DNA from: Bacillota bacterium
Lineage (GTDB): Bacteria; Bacillota; Sulfobacillia; JAUYEF01
Assembly (NCBI GenBank): GCA_030691635.1
Contig: JAUYEF010000326.1
Span: 1-60,681, forward strand
Length of the DNA: 60,681 bases
Direction: 5' to 3'
Shown: piece after piece, positions 8,835-18,810 of the stretch
Layout: the number at the start of each line of letters is the position of its first letter
Position numbering within the stretch: the stretch's first letter is position 1
Program-made: the position numbers and the translations under genes
Notes under the pieces: generated by a model
What the model saw: only the letters and a program-made list of their open reading frames with translations
The model's database searches: none
What the model was told of the DNA's origin: nothing

Positions 8835-9905
8835 ATGCAGCCGTTCGAACCTGCCTGTCTTGCGACCGGCATCGGAAGCCTGCCTCACCAGAGCGCAGAC
8901 GAAGCCTGCGAGCTCATCTTCGCAAACTTCAGGTCCATCCCGTTCTGGCCTCAACTGCCGCGACGTTCTCCGTCTGAGAACATGTACGCCCAGTTCGCGA
9001 CGGGCCTGCCGGGTCTCCACGAGGAGAACGGCAAGCTCATCATCGATACGTCGAGCGGCTTCGAGGAAGCGATGGCCGCCTTCTACGAAAGATACCTGGA
9101 AGCGCAACATGAAGGTTTCGTGCTGGACTCGGAGCGGGCGCAAGGCTTCTTCGCGTTCATCGACATGTTCAAGGAGCCACGCCCAAAGAAGAACGGTTTT
9201 CGTCCGACCGCGCTCAAAGGGCATGTGACAGGCCCGATCAGCTTCGGCCTCTCGGTCCAGGAGCCGGACGGCAAGCCCGTACTGTACAACGACCTCGCCA
9301 TGGACGCCATCGCCAAGAACATCTCCATGATCGCGCGCTGGCAAGAGGACACGCTTGCCACGCTGGGACTCCCGACCATCATGTTCTATGACGAGCCGTT
9401 CATGGCGACTTACGGCTCGGCGTTCTTTAACTACGGCGCCGACCTGGTGGCGCACTACCTCGAGGTCGCGACGGAAGGCGTCAAGTCGCTGACCGGGGTG
9501 CATTGCTGTGGCAACACAGACTGGAACCTCATCCTTGACTCTCACGCCTCGATCATTTCGTTTGACGCTCATGGGTATGCCGGCAAGATCTTGCTCTACT
9601 CGGACGCCCTCGGTGAGTTCCTGCAGCGTGGCGGCGTGATGGCCGTCGGCATCGTCCCGGCCCAGTGGGAAGCGGTAAAGGACGAGACCGCTGAGTCGCT
9701 GTTCACGAAACTGGACAGTTTCCTCGGCTCCCTTGAGCAGCGCGGGATTCCACGGGACATCGCGGCCGCACGCACCCTGATCACGCCGTCGTGCGGGCTG
9801 GGCCCTCAGACTGTTCCGGCGGCCGGTGCGATCATCGAAATGACATCAGCCCTGTCGAGGCTCTGCCGCGAGCGCTTCGGCCTCGCAGGGAAGGAAAAGA
9901 TATGA
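8835..9905 (+). CDS. Core (folate-independent, corrinoid-utilising) methionine synthase, MetE catalytic domain only
   Basis: [36 protein letters not shown] zinc-ligand pattern; ~356 aa; under an S-box. Confidence 0.8.
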   Translation: MQPFEPACLATGIGSLPHQSADEACELIFANFRSIPFWPQLPRRSPSENMYAQFATGLPGLHEENGKLIIDTSSGFEEAMAAFYERYLEAQHEGFVLDSERAQGFFAFIDMFKEPRPKKNGFRPTALKGHVTGPISFGLSVQEPDGKPVLYNDLAMDAIAKNISMIARWQEDTLATLGLPTIMFYDEPFMATYGSAFFNYGADLVAHYLEVATEGVKSLTGVHCCGNTDWNLILDSHASIISFDAHGYAGKILLYSDALGEFLQRGGVMAVGIVPAQWEAVKDETAESLFTKLDSFLGSLEQRGIPRDIAAARTLITPSCGLGPQTVPAAGAIIEMTSALSRLCRERFGLAGKEKI

Positions 9906-9927
9906 AAACGGGAAAGGGGGGCTTGGG

Positions 9928-11166
9928 GTGCCGGGAAGAGACTTGATGAAGAGATACCTGTTCACTTCGGAGTCGGTTACAGAGGGTCACCCAGATAAGG
10001 TCGCCGATCAGATCTGCGACGCAATCCTCGACTCCATCATAGAGAAAGACGCTGACGCGCGGGTCGCGTGCGAATGCACGGTGAAGACGGGCCTTGTGCT
10101 TGTCACGGGAGAGATCACGTGCGACTGCTATATCGACATACCGGGAACTGTCCGGCGGACACTCAGGGAAATCGGGTATACCAGCTCGGACATGGGATTT
10201 GAGGCCGATTCCGTGGCCGTGCTCACGGCCATCGAGGAGCAGTCCAAGGATATCGCGCTGGGTGTGGACAAGGCGCTTGAAGTCAAGACAGGTGAAGAAG
10301 ACGGTGAGGAACTCGGCGCCGGCGACCAGGGCATGATGTTCGGCTACGCCTGCACCGAGACGGATACGCTGATGCCGATGCCGATCCACCTCGCCCATGC
10401 CCTCGCGAAAAGGCTTGCCGAAGCCCGCAAGTCGGGAGAGATGCCCTACCTGCGGCCGGACGGCAAGACCCAGGTGACGGTGGAGTACCTGAACGACAGG
10501 CCGGTCCGGGTCGACGCGGTCGTCGTGTCTTCCCAGCACAAGGAAGACATTCCGCTGGAGACGCTGAGGGCGAACATCATCGAGAAGATCATAAAGCCGG
10601 TTGTGCCTGCTGAGCTGCTCGATTCGCGCACCCGGTACTACGTGAACCCCACCGGCCGGTTCGTGATCGGCGGGCCCAAGGGTGACTCGGGGCTTTCCGG
10701 CAGGAAGATCATCGTGGACACCTACGGAGGGTTCGCCCGGCATGGCGGCGGGTCATTCTCCGGCAAGGACCCGACCAAGGTCGACCGGACAGGGTCTTAC
10801 GCCGCGCGGTACGTCGCGAAGAACATCGTGGCCGCCGGGCTGGCGTCCAGGTGCGAGGTACAGGTCGCGTACGTTATCGGTGTGGCCAGGCCGGTCTCGC
10901 TGATGGTTGAGACTTTCGGCACAGGATGCATCCCGGACTCGCAGATCGCTGATATCATCACGCAGGAGTTCGACTTCCGCCCGGCCGCCATCATAAAACG
11001 GTTCGGCCTCCGAAGGCCGCTGTACCGTAGCGTGTCTGTATACGGGCACTTCGGCCGGGATGACCGGGATATCCCCTGGGAACAGACGGACATGGTCGCA
11101 CCTCTGAAGAAGCGAATCGGGAAAGCGGTCGGCAGCGAACAAGTGGCTGCGTCTAAGACCCGCTAG
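9928..11166 (+). CDS. metK: S-adenosylmethionine synthetase
   Basis: [45 protein letters not shown]. Confidence 0.99.
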   Translation: MPGRDLMKRYLFTSESVTEGHPDKVADQICDAILDSIIEKDADARVACECTVKTGLVLVTGEITCDCYIDIPGTVRRTLREIGYTSSDMGFEADSVAVLTAIEEQSKDIALGVDKALEVKTGEEDGEELGAGDQGMMFGYACTETDTLMPMPIHLAHALAKRLAEARKSGEMPYLRPDGKTQVTVEYLNDRPVRVDAVVVSSQHKEDIPLETLRANIIEKIIKPVVPAELLDSRTRYYVNPTGRFVIGGPKGDSGLSGRKIIVDTYGGFARHGGGSFSGKDPTKVDRTGSYAARYVAKNIVAAGLASRCEVQVAYVIGVARPVSLMVETFGTGCIPDSQIADIITQEFDFRPAAIIKRFGLRRPLYRSVSVYGHFGRDDRDIPWEQTDMVAPLKKRIGKAVGSEQVAASKTR

Positions 11167-11168
11167 CT

Positions 11169-11197
11169 CACGGCTCATCCTCCCCGGTACATATAAT
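11169..11197 (+). promoter_or_regulatory. Possible sigma-K/sigma-E promoter
   Basis: CAC-N18-CATATAAT directly before the GGGGAG RBS. Confidence 0.45.
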
Positions 11198-11216
11198 GCA
11201 CCGGGGAGTGGTGTCT

Positions 11217-11717
11217 GTGGAAGCCTGGACCCGCATGGGGCTCTACCTGTTCGCAGCATACGGCGTTCTTGCGCTTGTGCTCTCTCTTATGGACAGGCTG
11301 GCAAGACTTTCCTCCCGCTCCCGTTCACGGTCGTCCCTGAGCCTGCTGCTCTTGGTCCGCAATAACGAGACAGTGATCGAGCAGGTCGTAAGAAGCATTA
11401 CCGGATTGTCCTGGTTCTCCACGATGCCGGCCTACGATGTGGTCATCGTGGATGACCACTCGAACGACGGCACGGGCCTTGTGCTCGACCGCCTTGCCCG
11501 CCGGTACGGCCGCCTCAAGGTCGTCAGGATGAGCGAATCGCCCCCCGGGCGCCCGGCTCTTGAGGTGGGCATGTTCCTGACTGCAAACCCGGTCGCAGTG
11601 GTGTGCGACCTGAGGGCTCCCAGAGACGTGAGCCCTGCTTTACATGCGCTGTATCTACTGCTACGGCACAAAGGCGACCCATCAAACGCGACACTTCACA
11701 CTACACCGTATGGGTAA
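11217..11717 (+). CDS. Short membrane-anchored GT2-like protein (N-terminal half of GT-A fold only)
   Basis: TM followed by SLLLLVRNNE..I, VVIVDDHSNDGT; GTG at 11217. Confidence 0.7.
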   Translation: MEAWTRMGLYLFAAYGVLALVLSLMDRLARLSSRSRSRSSLSLLLLVRNNETVIEQVVRSITGLSWFSTMPAYDVVIVDDHSNDGTGLVLDRLARRYGRLKVVRMSESPPGRPALEVGMFLTANPVAVVCDLRAPRDVSPALHALYLLLRHKGDPSNATLHTTPYG

Positions 11718-11814
11718 TTAGCTTTGTGACATTTCTTGTATAGCCGACAGGAAAGCGAGCTCCTCTCATAGAAGCCTCGGGGTAACCTGTTCAAGACTCG
11801 AGGGGCCAGACACG

Positions 11815-13470
11815 GTGAAGGAACGCAAACGCCTGCTCAACCCATACACCGGGCTTGTTCTTGCGGCCGGGCTGGTAGGCATGCTGCTCTCACTCCCAGG
11901 CTCGTGGCCGGCGGACATGGCCAGGTACCCGCTCTTCGTGCTCCTCGCCTTCTTCGCCCAGGCGGGCACCCTGTCCCTTCCTGGGACCAGCATGCGGATC
12001 ACCAGGACTTACTATGTGCTCGGACCTGCGATCTACTTTTTCGGAGCCGTTCCTGCCGCTATGCTGAATGTGATCACATATATGTGCGGCGCGGTGCTGT
12101 TCCGGAAGACAGACACTCACAGGCTGGTGTTCAACCTGGGACAGTTCGCGTTCACCACAATACTGGCCGGTAAGGCGTTCGAAGCGGTGCGGAGGGCCGC
12201 CGGGCCTGATTCGGTCGAGTCTCTCTCGCTTGCGGTCCTGGCATGCCTTGTCACGTACATAACGCTGAACCACCTGCTGGTCAACATCTACCACCTGCTG
12301 AGGGCCTCTGGTCATAGGTGGGTGGAAGGGCTCAAATTGGACCTGATCGGTTACCTCATCGACGTCCCCCTGGGTATACTGGTCGCGGCGCTGACGAGCA
12401 TGTTCGGCACCACCGGCCTGCTGTCGGCATCGCTCTTCGTGGTCACCTCTCTGCTTCTTCTCAGGACGCTTGAGAGCATGCAGCGAACAAAGCGTGACAT
12501 GCAGGTCTTCTATGAGAACGCTCTCCGCATGTCATCGCACCTCGAAGGCCCCAGCGTCTTCACAGCTCTCGTCCAGTCCATCAGGCAGGCAGTCTCGTTC
12601 GAGTTCATTATCGTGTACCTGGTGTCTGGCGCTGAAGGGACTGTCGAGCCTGCATACTGGTTGGCGCCCAGCGACTGGCACAGTGAGATCGCGCGCCTCC
12701 AGGTGGGAGAAGGGGTCGTGGGGTCAGTCATAGCCTCCGTCAAGCCGGCTCTGGTCACTGAGGCGTTGGACGTCCACTTCTACAGGGCGCCCGACCAGCC
12801 ACCATTCAGGTCGCTTGTGGCCGCTCCTCTGGTGATCAGCGGGCATGCCATCGGCGCCGTGCTTGTGGCGAGCTTCATGCGGGCGCATTTCTCACCGCAC
12901 GACATGGGCATCATCTCACTGCTCTCGGAGCAGGCGGCGATATCGTTCAGGAACGCGACAATCTACGGCCAGACGCGAGAGCAAGCGATCACCGACCCGA
13001 TGACCGGCCTTTACAATTACAGGCATTTCCTGGCCAAGTTGCATGAGGAGATCGAGCGAGCACGGCTGGCAGGGAAAGAGTTGTCCCTGCTCTACCTGGA
13101 CTGGGACGGGCTGCGCCAGATAAACAACACGTACGGGCACCCGACCGGTGACGCGGCCCTCCGGGAACTGGCCGGAATACTCAGAGGGCTTGTGCGAAGG
13201 GCCGACATTCTGGCGCGGTACGCAGGCGATGAGTTCGTGCTGCTGATGCCCTGCGCCTGCCACGAGGACGCCCTCGCCACCGCCGCACGCATAGATGAGG
13301 CGCTCGAGTCGCGAGAGCCCACACAGGAGGTCCCGGTCGAGCGCTTCAACCTGAGCATCGGGGTCGCGTCGTTCCCGGCGGACGCGCTCGACGCGGACTC
13401 GCTCGTGAGAGAGGCGGACAAGCGGATGTACGAGGCAAAGTGGCGAAAGAAGCTTGAAGGCACGGCTTAG
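11815..13470 (+). CDS. Membrane sensor-GAF-GGDEF diguanylate cyclase
   Basis: Multi-TM N-terminus, GAF (GEGVVG..SLVAAPL), TDPMTGLYN, INNTYGH..GD, RRAD I-site, RYAGDEF. Confidence 0.92.
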   Translation: MKERKRLLNPYTGLVLAAGLVGMLLSLPGSWPADMARYPLFVLLAFFAQAGTLSLPGTSMRITRTYYVLGPAIYFFGAVPAAMLNVITYMCGAVLFRKTDTHRLVFNLGQFAFTTILAGKAFEAVRRAAGPDSVESLSLAVLACLVTYITLNHLLVNIYHLLRASGHRWVEGLKLDLIGYLIDVPLGILVAALTSMFGTTGLLSASLFVVTSLLLLRTLESMQRTKRDMQVFYENALRMSSHLEGPSVFTALVQSIRQAVSFEFIIVYLVSGAEGTVEPAYWLAPSDWHSEIARLQVGEGVVGSVIASVKPALVTEALDVHFYRAPDQPPFRSLVAAPLVISGHAIGAVLVASFMRAHFSPHDMGIISLLSEQAAISFRNATIYGQTREQAITDPMTGLYNYRHFLAKLHEEIERARLAGKELSLLYLDWDGLRQINNTYGHPTGDAALRELAGILRGLVRRADILARYAGDEFVLLMPCACHEDALATAARIDEALESREPTQEVPVERFNLSIGVASFPADALDADSLVREADKRMYEAKWRKKLEGTA

Positions 13471-14224
13471 GGCATTCGCAGACCTGCTGCTCGACACGCT
13501 TTTCCCTGAAGATGACGCGTGCGTCATCTGCGGTCGTCGCCTTGACCCGGAGGTCCGCAGCCGGCTCTGCGATGCCTGTATCAAGTGGACGCGGCGCCCG
13601 TTTGTGCTGGCCGAGCACCTTTGCCCCGTGTGCGGCAGACCATGCGTTGCGGCACGGCCCTGCCACGAATGTACAGGCAGGCCGGCTTCGTTCGGGCACG
13701 TCATGCCTGCGGCGCTGTACAGGGAGCCGGTGAGGAGCCTCGTCGTAGGCCTCAAGTACGGCAGACGCCCGGACCTGGCAAGGCCTCTGGGCCACTTGAT
13801 GAGCCAGGCGCTTGACGACGCGATCTACGATCTGGCTGTCCCAGTGCCTCTGCATCATTCCCACCTCTCGTCAAGGCAATACAACCAGGCGGCATGCCTC
13901 GCCGCCGAAATCGGGCGGCTGCGCGGCCCGCAACCCGTGCAGGCGATCATCAAGCACAGGCAGCCTCCATCCCAGACATCGCTCGACCGCGAGCAGCGCC
14001 TCGCCGCGTTGGCCGGGGTCTTCCGTCCAGACCTCAAGGCCTCCCGGCTTGTCCGGGGCGCGCGGGTGCTTCTCGTCGACGACGTTTTCACCACAGGCGC
14101 CACAGCCTACGCGTGCGCCTGCGTTCTGCTGGAGATGGGGGCGCGGTCGGTGGACGTAGCGGTGGCGGCCGCCGGAATGCCCTCTGAATCTCCTGCTAAA
14201 AGGGCACTATCCCCACCTCGATAA
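13454..14224 (+). CDS. comFC: ComF family protein (zinc ribbons + PRTase)
   Basis: CxxC pairs, VPVPLH, RQYNQA, VLLVDDVFTTGAT; precedes flgM. Confidence 0.9.
   Translation: MKARLRAFADLLLDTLFPEDDACVICGRRLDPEVRSRLCDACIKWTRRPFVLAEHLCPVCGRPCVAARPCHECTGRPASFGHVMPAALYREPVRSLVVGLKYGRRPDLARPLGHLMSQALDDAIYDLAVPVPLHHSHLSSRQYNQAACLAAEIGRLRGPQPVQAIIKHRQPPSQTSLDREQRLAALAGVFRPDLKASRLVRGARVLLVDDVFTTGATAYACACVLLEMGARSVDVAVAAAGMPSESPAKRALSPPR
14197..14224 (+). promoter_or_regulatory. Sigma-28 (SigD) promoter of flgM
   Basis: TAAA-N16-CTCGATAA. Confidence 0.6.
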
Positions 14225-14267
14225 TTCTAATGACGGCGCACCGGATAGAGAGGAGAACCTGCTAACG

Positions 14268-14570
14268 ATGCAGATCTCGAATAAACAGATTGAGAGTGTC
14301 TTTCGAGCGGTCTCTGACCAGCTTCGTTCGGAGAAGGCCGGGCGAGCGAAAAAGGAAGATCAGGCGGCACCGAGCGGAGACCAGGCTCTGATCTCCAGCC
14401 AGGCCACCGAGTTGAGCAGGTTCAGGGAGATGCTGGCCAAGATTCCCGACGTTCGCGAAGACAGGGTCGCTGAACTGGCCGAGAAGTTGGCGAGCGGCCA
14501 GTACCGGCCGGCCTCCACCGAAATAGCGGAGAAGATGCTCGTTCGCGAGCTCGCGGACAGACTCAAGTGA
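14268..14570 (+). CDS. flgM: Anti-sigma-28 factor FlgM
   Basis: D..LISSQA, PDVREDRVAEL...LASGQY......IAEKM. Confidence 0.92.
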   Translation: MQISNKQIESVFRAVSDQLRSEKAGRAKKEDQAAPSGDQALISSQATELSRFREMLAKIPDVREDRVAELAEKLASGQYRPASTEIAEKMLVRELADRLK

Positions 14571-14944
14571 CCGGTGCGCCGGCTTCCCTTCTCACCACAA
14601 ACCTCCTCGACCATGCGTTAAAGATGCACTCGGCGCTGGTATCCCAGGACATTGACGCGATGGAGCGGCTCCTGCTGGAAGGAGAGCAGCTCGTGGCCGC
14701 TCTTGCAGCCCGGGCACGCCATTCCGCGACCGCGTCGGGCAGTGCGACCGCGCCGTGCTGTGCGCCCGTGGCGCCCACTGTGGTCCACCGGCTGCGCTCC
14801 TTGCACGAGTCCAGCGCCCGGATCGTACGAGCCAGGCTCTGCTATCTCAATGCGCTGCGAGCTTTGCTGGGCAAGAGCTCCACGTATGGCACGGCCGGCG
14901 TTCTGCCTTACAGAACACGGTGCACATTGAGCGTCAGAGTTTAG
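14567..14944 (+). CDS. Divergent FlgN-like export chaperone
   Basis: Helical 125 aa protein between flgM and flgK with C-terminal TYG; positional inference. Confidence 0.55.
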   Translation: MTGAPASLLTTNLLDHALKMHSALVSQDIDAMERLLLEGEQLVAALAARARHSATASGSATAPCCAPVAPTVVHRLRSLHESSARIVRARLCYLNALRALLGKSSTYGTAGVLPYRTRCTLSVRV

Positions 14945-15025
14945 ACCGCGCGGAGCCGGCGCGAATTCGAAGCGCCGGAGGAAACGCTTCCTGCCCAGAC
15001 CACCAACGACCAGGAGTGAGAGACA

Positions 15026-16429
15026 TTGCCCGGCACTTTCTTCGGCATCGAGACAGGCCTACGAGGCCTCAGAGCCCAGCAGCAGGCGCTGAACGTCACT
15101 GCGCACAACGTGGCCAATTCCGCCGCGCCGGGGTACAGCCGCCAGGAGGCCCGCATGGAAGCCGCGATGGCCACCTCTGAGCCTGGCCAGGCGGGACAGA
15201 TGGGGTCTGGCGTTACGATATCCGAAGTGAGGCGCTTCCGCGATACTTTCCTGGACGCGCAGGTCAGGAATGAGACTTCGCGAAGCGGCCGGTACACGAC
15301 TCTCCAGAAGGGTCTCGACGAGATACAGTCCTTTTTCAACGAGTTGTCCGATCTCGGCCTGCGTGTCGTGCTGAACAGGTTCTGGGACTCGCTCACGGAC
15401 CTGGCCAATAACCCCGAGAGCGACGCGATCCGCCGGACGGTGATCCAGGCTGCAGAAGCGGTCGCCGGAACGTTCCGGCACCTCAGCACGCAGCTGAATG
15501 ACCTTGCCCAGAACTCGGTGGACATCCTCAGGATCCGCGGGGGCGAACTCGAACAGATCGGCCGGGAGATCGCGTCCCTCAACGCCCGCATAGCTGAAGT
15601 CCGGGCGACTCCGGGAGAGCAGGCCAACGATCTCAAAGACAAGAGGGACCTGCTGCTGGACCGGCTATCGAGCATTGTCGCCATCAGTGCCGCGGAGGAC
15701 GAGACATCCCAGGTAAGAGTCAGTATCGCAGGGCAACCGCTGGTGTCCAAGAACGTCTCCGCCAGCGTATCTTTTTCCCAAGGGCCTGGCGGGATCGCGC
15801 TTTCGATCGGCGGGAGCAACATCATTCCGGCTGAAAGGCCAGAGCGCCTGGGCGGTGAGGTCGGAGGCGCTCTGGAACTGAAGGGCCTCATCGAAGCGAC
15901 ATATCTCTCCGACCTGGATAGCCTGGCTGCCAGTTTGATAACCGAGCTGAACACGGTCCACAGGTCTGGCTGGGGCCTCCGAGACGCGGAGCATGTGGCC
16001 CGCGACCTGTTCTCAGGCCAGGACGCGGGCACCATCAGCGTCTCTGCTGAGATAAAGGCGGCCCCATCGAAACTGGCGGCTTCCGCCAGCGGTCTTTCCG
16101 GCGACGGCCGTGTGGCCCTGGAGATGGCCGGCCTGCACAGGAAGCATGCGATGAGCGGCGGGACAGCCACTTTCGAGGATTTCCTCAGCGGCCTAACAGG
16201 CAGGCTCGGGATTGAGGCCCAGGAGGCCGGCCGTTTCGCGGAAAACTCACAGCTCCTCATCAGGGAGATAGAGAATCACCGGGATAACGTGCAGGGCGTG
16301 TCGCTCGACGAAGAAATGGCGAATATGGTGCGCTTCCAGCATGCATACACGGCCTGCGCCAGGCTGATAACGGCGTTCGATGCTCTGCTCGAGACGCTGA
16401 TCGAAAGGACTGGCCTGGCTGGACGGTAG
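15026..16429 (+). CDS. flgK: Flagellar hook-associated protein FlgK
   Basis: TAHNVANSAAPGYSRQ, NDLKDKRD, GVSLDEEMANMVRFQHAY. Confidence 0.95.
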   Translation: MPGTFFGIETGLRGLRAQQQALNVTAHNVANSAAPGYSRQEARMEAAMATSEPGQAGQMGSGVTISEVRRFRDTFLDAQVRNETSRSGRYTTLQKGLDEIQSFFNELSDLGLRVVLNRFWDSLTDLANNPESDAIRRTVIQAAEAVAGTFRHLSTQLNDLAQNSVDILRIRGGELEQIGREIASLNARIAEVRATPGEQANDLKDKRDLLLDRLSSIVAISAAEDETSQVRVSIAGQPLVSKNVSASVSFSQGPGGIALSIGGSNIIPAERPERLGGEVGGALELKGLIEATYLSDLDSLAASLITELNTVHRSGWGLRDAEHVARDLFSGQDAGTISVSAEIKAAPSKLAASASGLSGDGRVALEMAGLHRKHAMSGGTATFEDFLSGLTGRLGIEAQEAGRFAENSQLLIREIENHRDNVQGVSLDEEMANMVRFQHAYTACARLITAFDALLETLIERTGLAGR

Positions 16430-16473
16430 GCCCTCGGACCGGTGGGAGAACGAAATGCGCGGGGTGATGTGCA

Positions 16474-17376
16474 GTGCGCGTGACCGCAAACAGGCTCATT
16501 GAGAATCTGATGTACGATCTCAGGCGGGCTGCGGCGCGCCTGGAGCAGAGGGAGACACAACTGTCTTCACTGAAACAGCTCAACCGGCCATCCGATGACC
16601 CCGCCGGCTGTCTTGACGCGCTCAGGCTCAAGAGGTGCATCCTCGATACCGCCAGATACAAAGAGAACATCGATGACGCCCAGCGGTGGCTCGACATGAC
16701 TGAGGATGTCACGTCAAGCCTCACCGCGGTCTCCCGGTCGGCGATGGACCTGGCGACCAGAGCTGCGTCCCAGACTCTGCCGGTAGAGTCGCGGCAGGCC
16801 CTGGCGCTGCAGGTGGACCAGCTGATCCGGCAGAGCATAGACACAGCGAACCACAGCACCGGGACAAGGCCGCTGTTGTCCGGCTACGAGACACGCAGCC
16901 TGCCGGTCCAGGCCACAAAGACGGGCAGCGAGATCACTGGGGTCACCTTCTCCGGTGATGACGGGAAGATAGTCAGGCAGGTGGGCCCAAATGCGACCAT
17001 GGAGGTCAACTCGCTCGTTGCGGAGACACTGGGCCCGGCCGGGTCAAGCCTCGTAGAGGACATGATCTGCCTCCGAGACGCCATCAAGTCGGCAGACTCG
17101 GCCGCCATCAGCGGCGCCGCTCAACGAGTCAACGAGCACCACACTCGGCTTGTGGCGATCATGGGCGAGATAGGCGCAAAGGGCAACCGTCTTGAACTCA
17201 TGCGCGAACGCTACTCTCAGGAGGAAATCACTCTTTCCGGCCTCCTGTCGCGTATCGAAGATACGGATATAGCTGAGTGCACGGTCAGGGTCCAGGCCGC
17301 TGCCCATTCTTACGCGACGGTGCTGGCGGTGGGAGCCAGGATAGTGACGCCGACGCTGGTCGACTTCCTCAGGTAG
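16474..17376 (+). CDS. flgL: Flagellar hook-associated protein FlgL
   Basis: MRVT, RPSDDP, EDTDIAE, PTLVDFLR. Confidence 0.94.
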   Translation: MRVTANRLIENLMYDLRRAAARLEQRETQLSSLKQLNRPSDDPAGCLDALRLKRCILDTARYKENIDDAQRWLDMTEDVTSSLTAVSRSAMDLATRAASQTLPVESRQALALQVDQLIRQSIDTANHSTGTRPLLSGYETRSLPVQATKTGSEITGVTFSGDDGKIVRQVGPNATMEVNSLVAETLGPAGSSLVEDMICLRDAIKSADSAAISGAAQRVNEHHTRLVAIMGEIGAKGNRLELMRERYSQEEITLSGLLSRIEDTDIAECTVRVQAAAHSYATVLAVGARIVTPTLVDFLR

Positions 17377-17461
17377 GGGTGCCGGTTGCGGGCTTCGTCA
17401 TCTAAGGATGCCGGGACTTCCTCAGGCAGCAAACGGGTCAAGCAGCAACGGGGGGAACTGA

Positions 17462-17911
17462 ATGCACATGGTGAGAACCTCGAGATTCGGTGAGGTCAGG
17501 TACGACCCCGGCAGGGTCATCACGTTCGCCCGCGGGATACTGGGCTTTGAGGGCACAAGCAGGTACATCCTCTTGAACTGCAAGGCGTGCGACCAGTTCA
17601 AATGGCTACAGTCGATCGAAGATCCTGCGCTGGCATTCCTGCTATATGACCCATCCCCGGATTTCCCCGACTACTGGCCCCCGGTCAACTCGAAGGACCT
17701 GGAAGAACTGGACCTCCGGGGTCTTCAGTCCGCCATTGTCATGTGCATCGCAACTGTTCCGGGCGATCCCTCGTCCGCGACCGCGAATTTCCAGGCGCCC
17801 CTCGTCATCAATGTCGCGAGCCGCTTGGGTAAGCAGGTTGTTACGGGCCTTCCCTCGTATAAGACTAAACAGGCGATATTCCATGCGGCCCTGGAGATGA
17901 AAACGGGGTGA
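17462..17911 (+). CDS. fliW: Flagellar assembly factor FliW
   Basis: TSRFG, GILGFE, WLQSIEDPALAF, TANFQAPLVIN. Confidence 0.94.
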   Translation: MHMVRTSRFGEVRYDPGRVITFARGILGFEGTSRYILLNCKACDQFKWLQSIEDPALAFLLYDPSPDFPDYWPPVNSKDLEELDLRGLQSAIVMCIATVPGDPSSATANFQAPLVINVASRLGKQVVTGLPSYKTKQAIFHAALEMKTG

Positions 17912-17935
17912 ATGGAATGGGAGGGTCCTGTAGAG

Positions 17936-18211
17936 ATGCTCGTACTGACCAGGAAGGTCGAAGAGAGCGTCCTGATCGGCGACAACATTGAGGTCAAGGT
18001 TCTGCAGGTCAAGGGCAGCGGAAAGCAGGCATCGGTGCGGTTGGGCATCGTCGCTCCCGAAGGTATCAGGGTCCTCCGGAGAGAGGTCCTGATAGAGACG
18101 ACCGAGGAGAACCGCCGGGCAGCCAGATCGATCGCGCCGGAACTGTCCGATGTCGAGCCGGCACAAGCAACCGTCAGCCCGGAAAAGACCGGCCCGGCAA
18201 AGCGGAACTAA
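17936..18211 (+). CDS. csrA: Carbon storage regulator CsrA
   Basis: MLVLTRKVEESVLIGDNIEV, VRLGIVAP..I.V.RRE. Confidence 0.95.
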   Translation: MLVLTRKVEESVLIGDNIEVKVLQVKGSGKQASVRLGIVAPEGIRVLRREVLIETTEENRRAARSIAPELSDVEPAQATVSPEKTGPAKRN

Positions 18212-18308
18212 CCAGCCGGTTTTTGAGGGCGGTCCCAGCGGATTCCGGCGCCATGACGCCGTACGCTGTGGTATTTCCGGCCTATAATTCCAGCAACTTG
18301 CCCAGAAG

Positions 18309-18337
18309 TTGACGCGCTAATGTACATATGCTATAGT
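18309..18337 (+). promoter_or_regulatory. Sigma-A promoter of the cold-shock gene
   Basis: TTGACG-N17-TATAGT with extended TG. Confidence 0.7.
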
Positions 18338-18402
18338 TGCATCATGGTCCGGTAGGTAAAAATCGAGAACTGGACCAATAAGTGCAGGAGGAATGCTGTC
18401 GA

Positions 18403-18606
18403 ATGTTTGGCAGGGTAAAATGGTTTAATCCGGAAAAGGGCTATGGCTTCATCGAAAGAGAAGATGGCGGTGACGTGTTCGTACACTACTCGGCCATCAC
18501 CATGGAGGGGTTCAAGACCCTTAATGAAGGCGACCGGGTTGCGTTCGATATAGTCGAAGGCCCCAGGGGCCCGCAGGCAGCCAACGTAGTCAAGGCTGAG
18601 GAGTAA
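18403..18606 (+). CDS. Cold-shock protein (Csp family)
   Basis: [31 protein letters not shown]. Confidence 0.97.
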   Translation: MFGRVKWFNPEKGYGFIEREDGGDVFVHYSAITMEGFKTLNEGDRVAFDIVEGPRGPQAANVVKAEE

Positions 18607-18630
18607 AGCAAGTCCATAACCCATGCGCTG

Positions 18631-18660
18631 AGACCCCGGTTATCCGGGGTTTTCTCTTTT
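18631..18660 (+). terminator. Rho-independent terminator
   Basis: AGACCCCGG-TTAT-CCGGGGTTT followed by a T-rich tail. Confidence 0.85.
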
Positions 18661-18810
18661 GCGCAAACCGGTGACGGCGCCCGGGCGGTCCGGTCGCCCG
18701 TGGTAGCAGATAGTGGCAGTACGGATTGTTGCCTCATCTGGAAGGAATCGGGGGGCTTCGGGGGAATATAAAATGAAGAGGCGCAGAGGCATAAAGGGGG
18801 TCTAAACCTG

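Noticed and set aside
14941-16260. 439-aa minus-strand ORF
   Set aside because: Antisense to flgK; Ser/Arg-rich non-protein-like composition
18660-18810. Possible raiA-motif RNA upstream of hpf/raiA
   Set aside because: Gap is short, occupied by a terminator and promoter, and shows no matching conserved blocks
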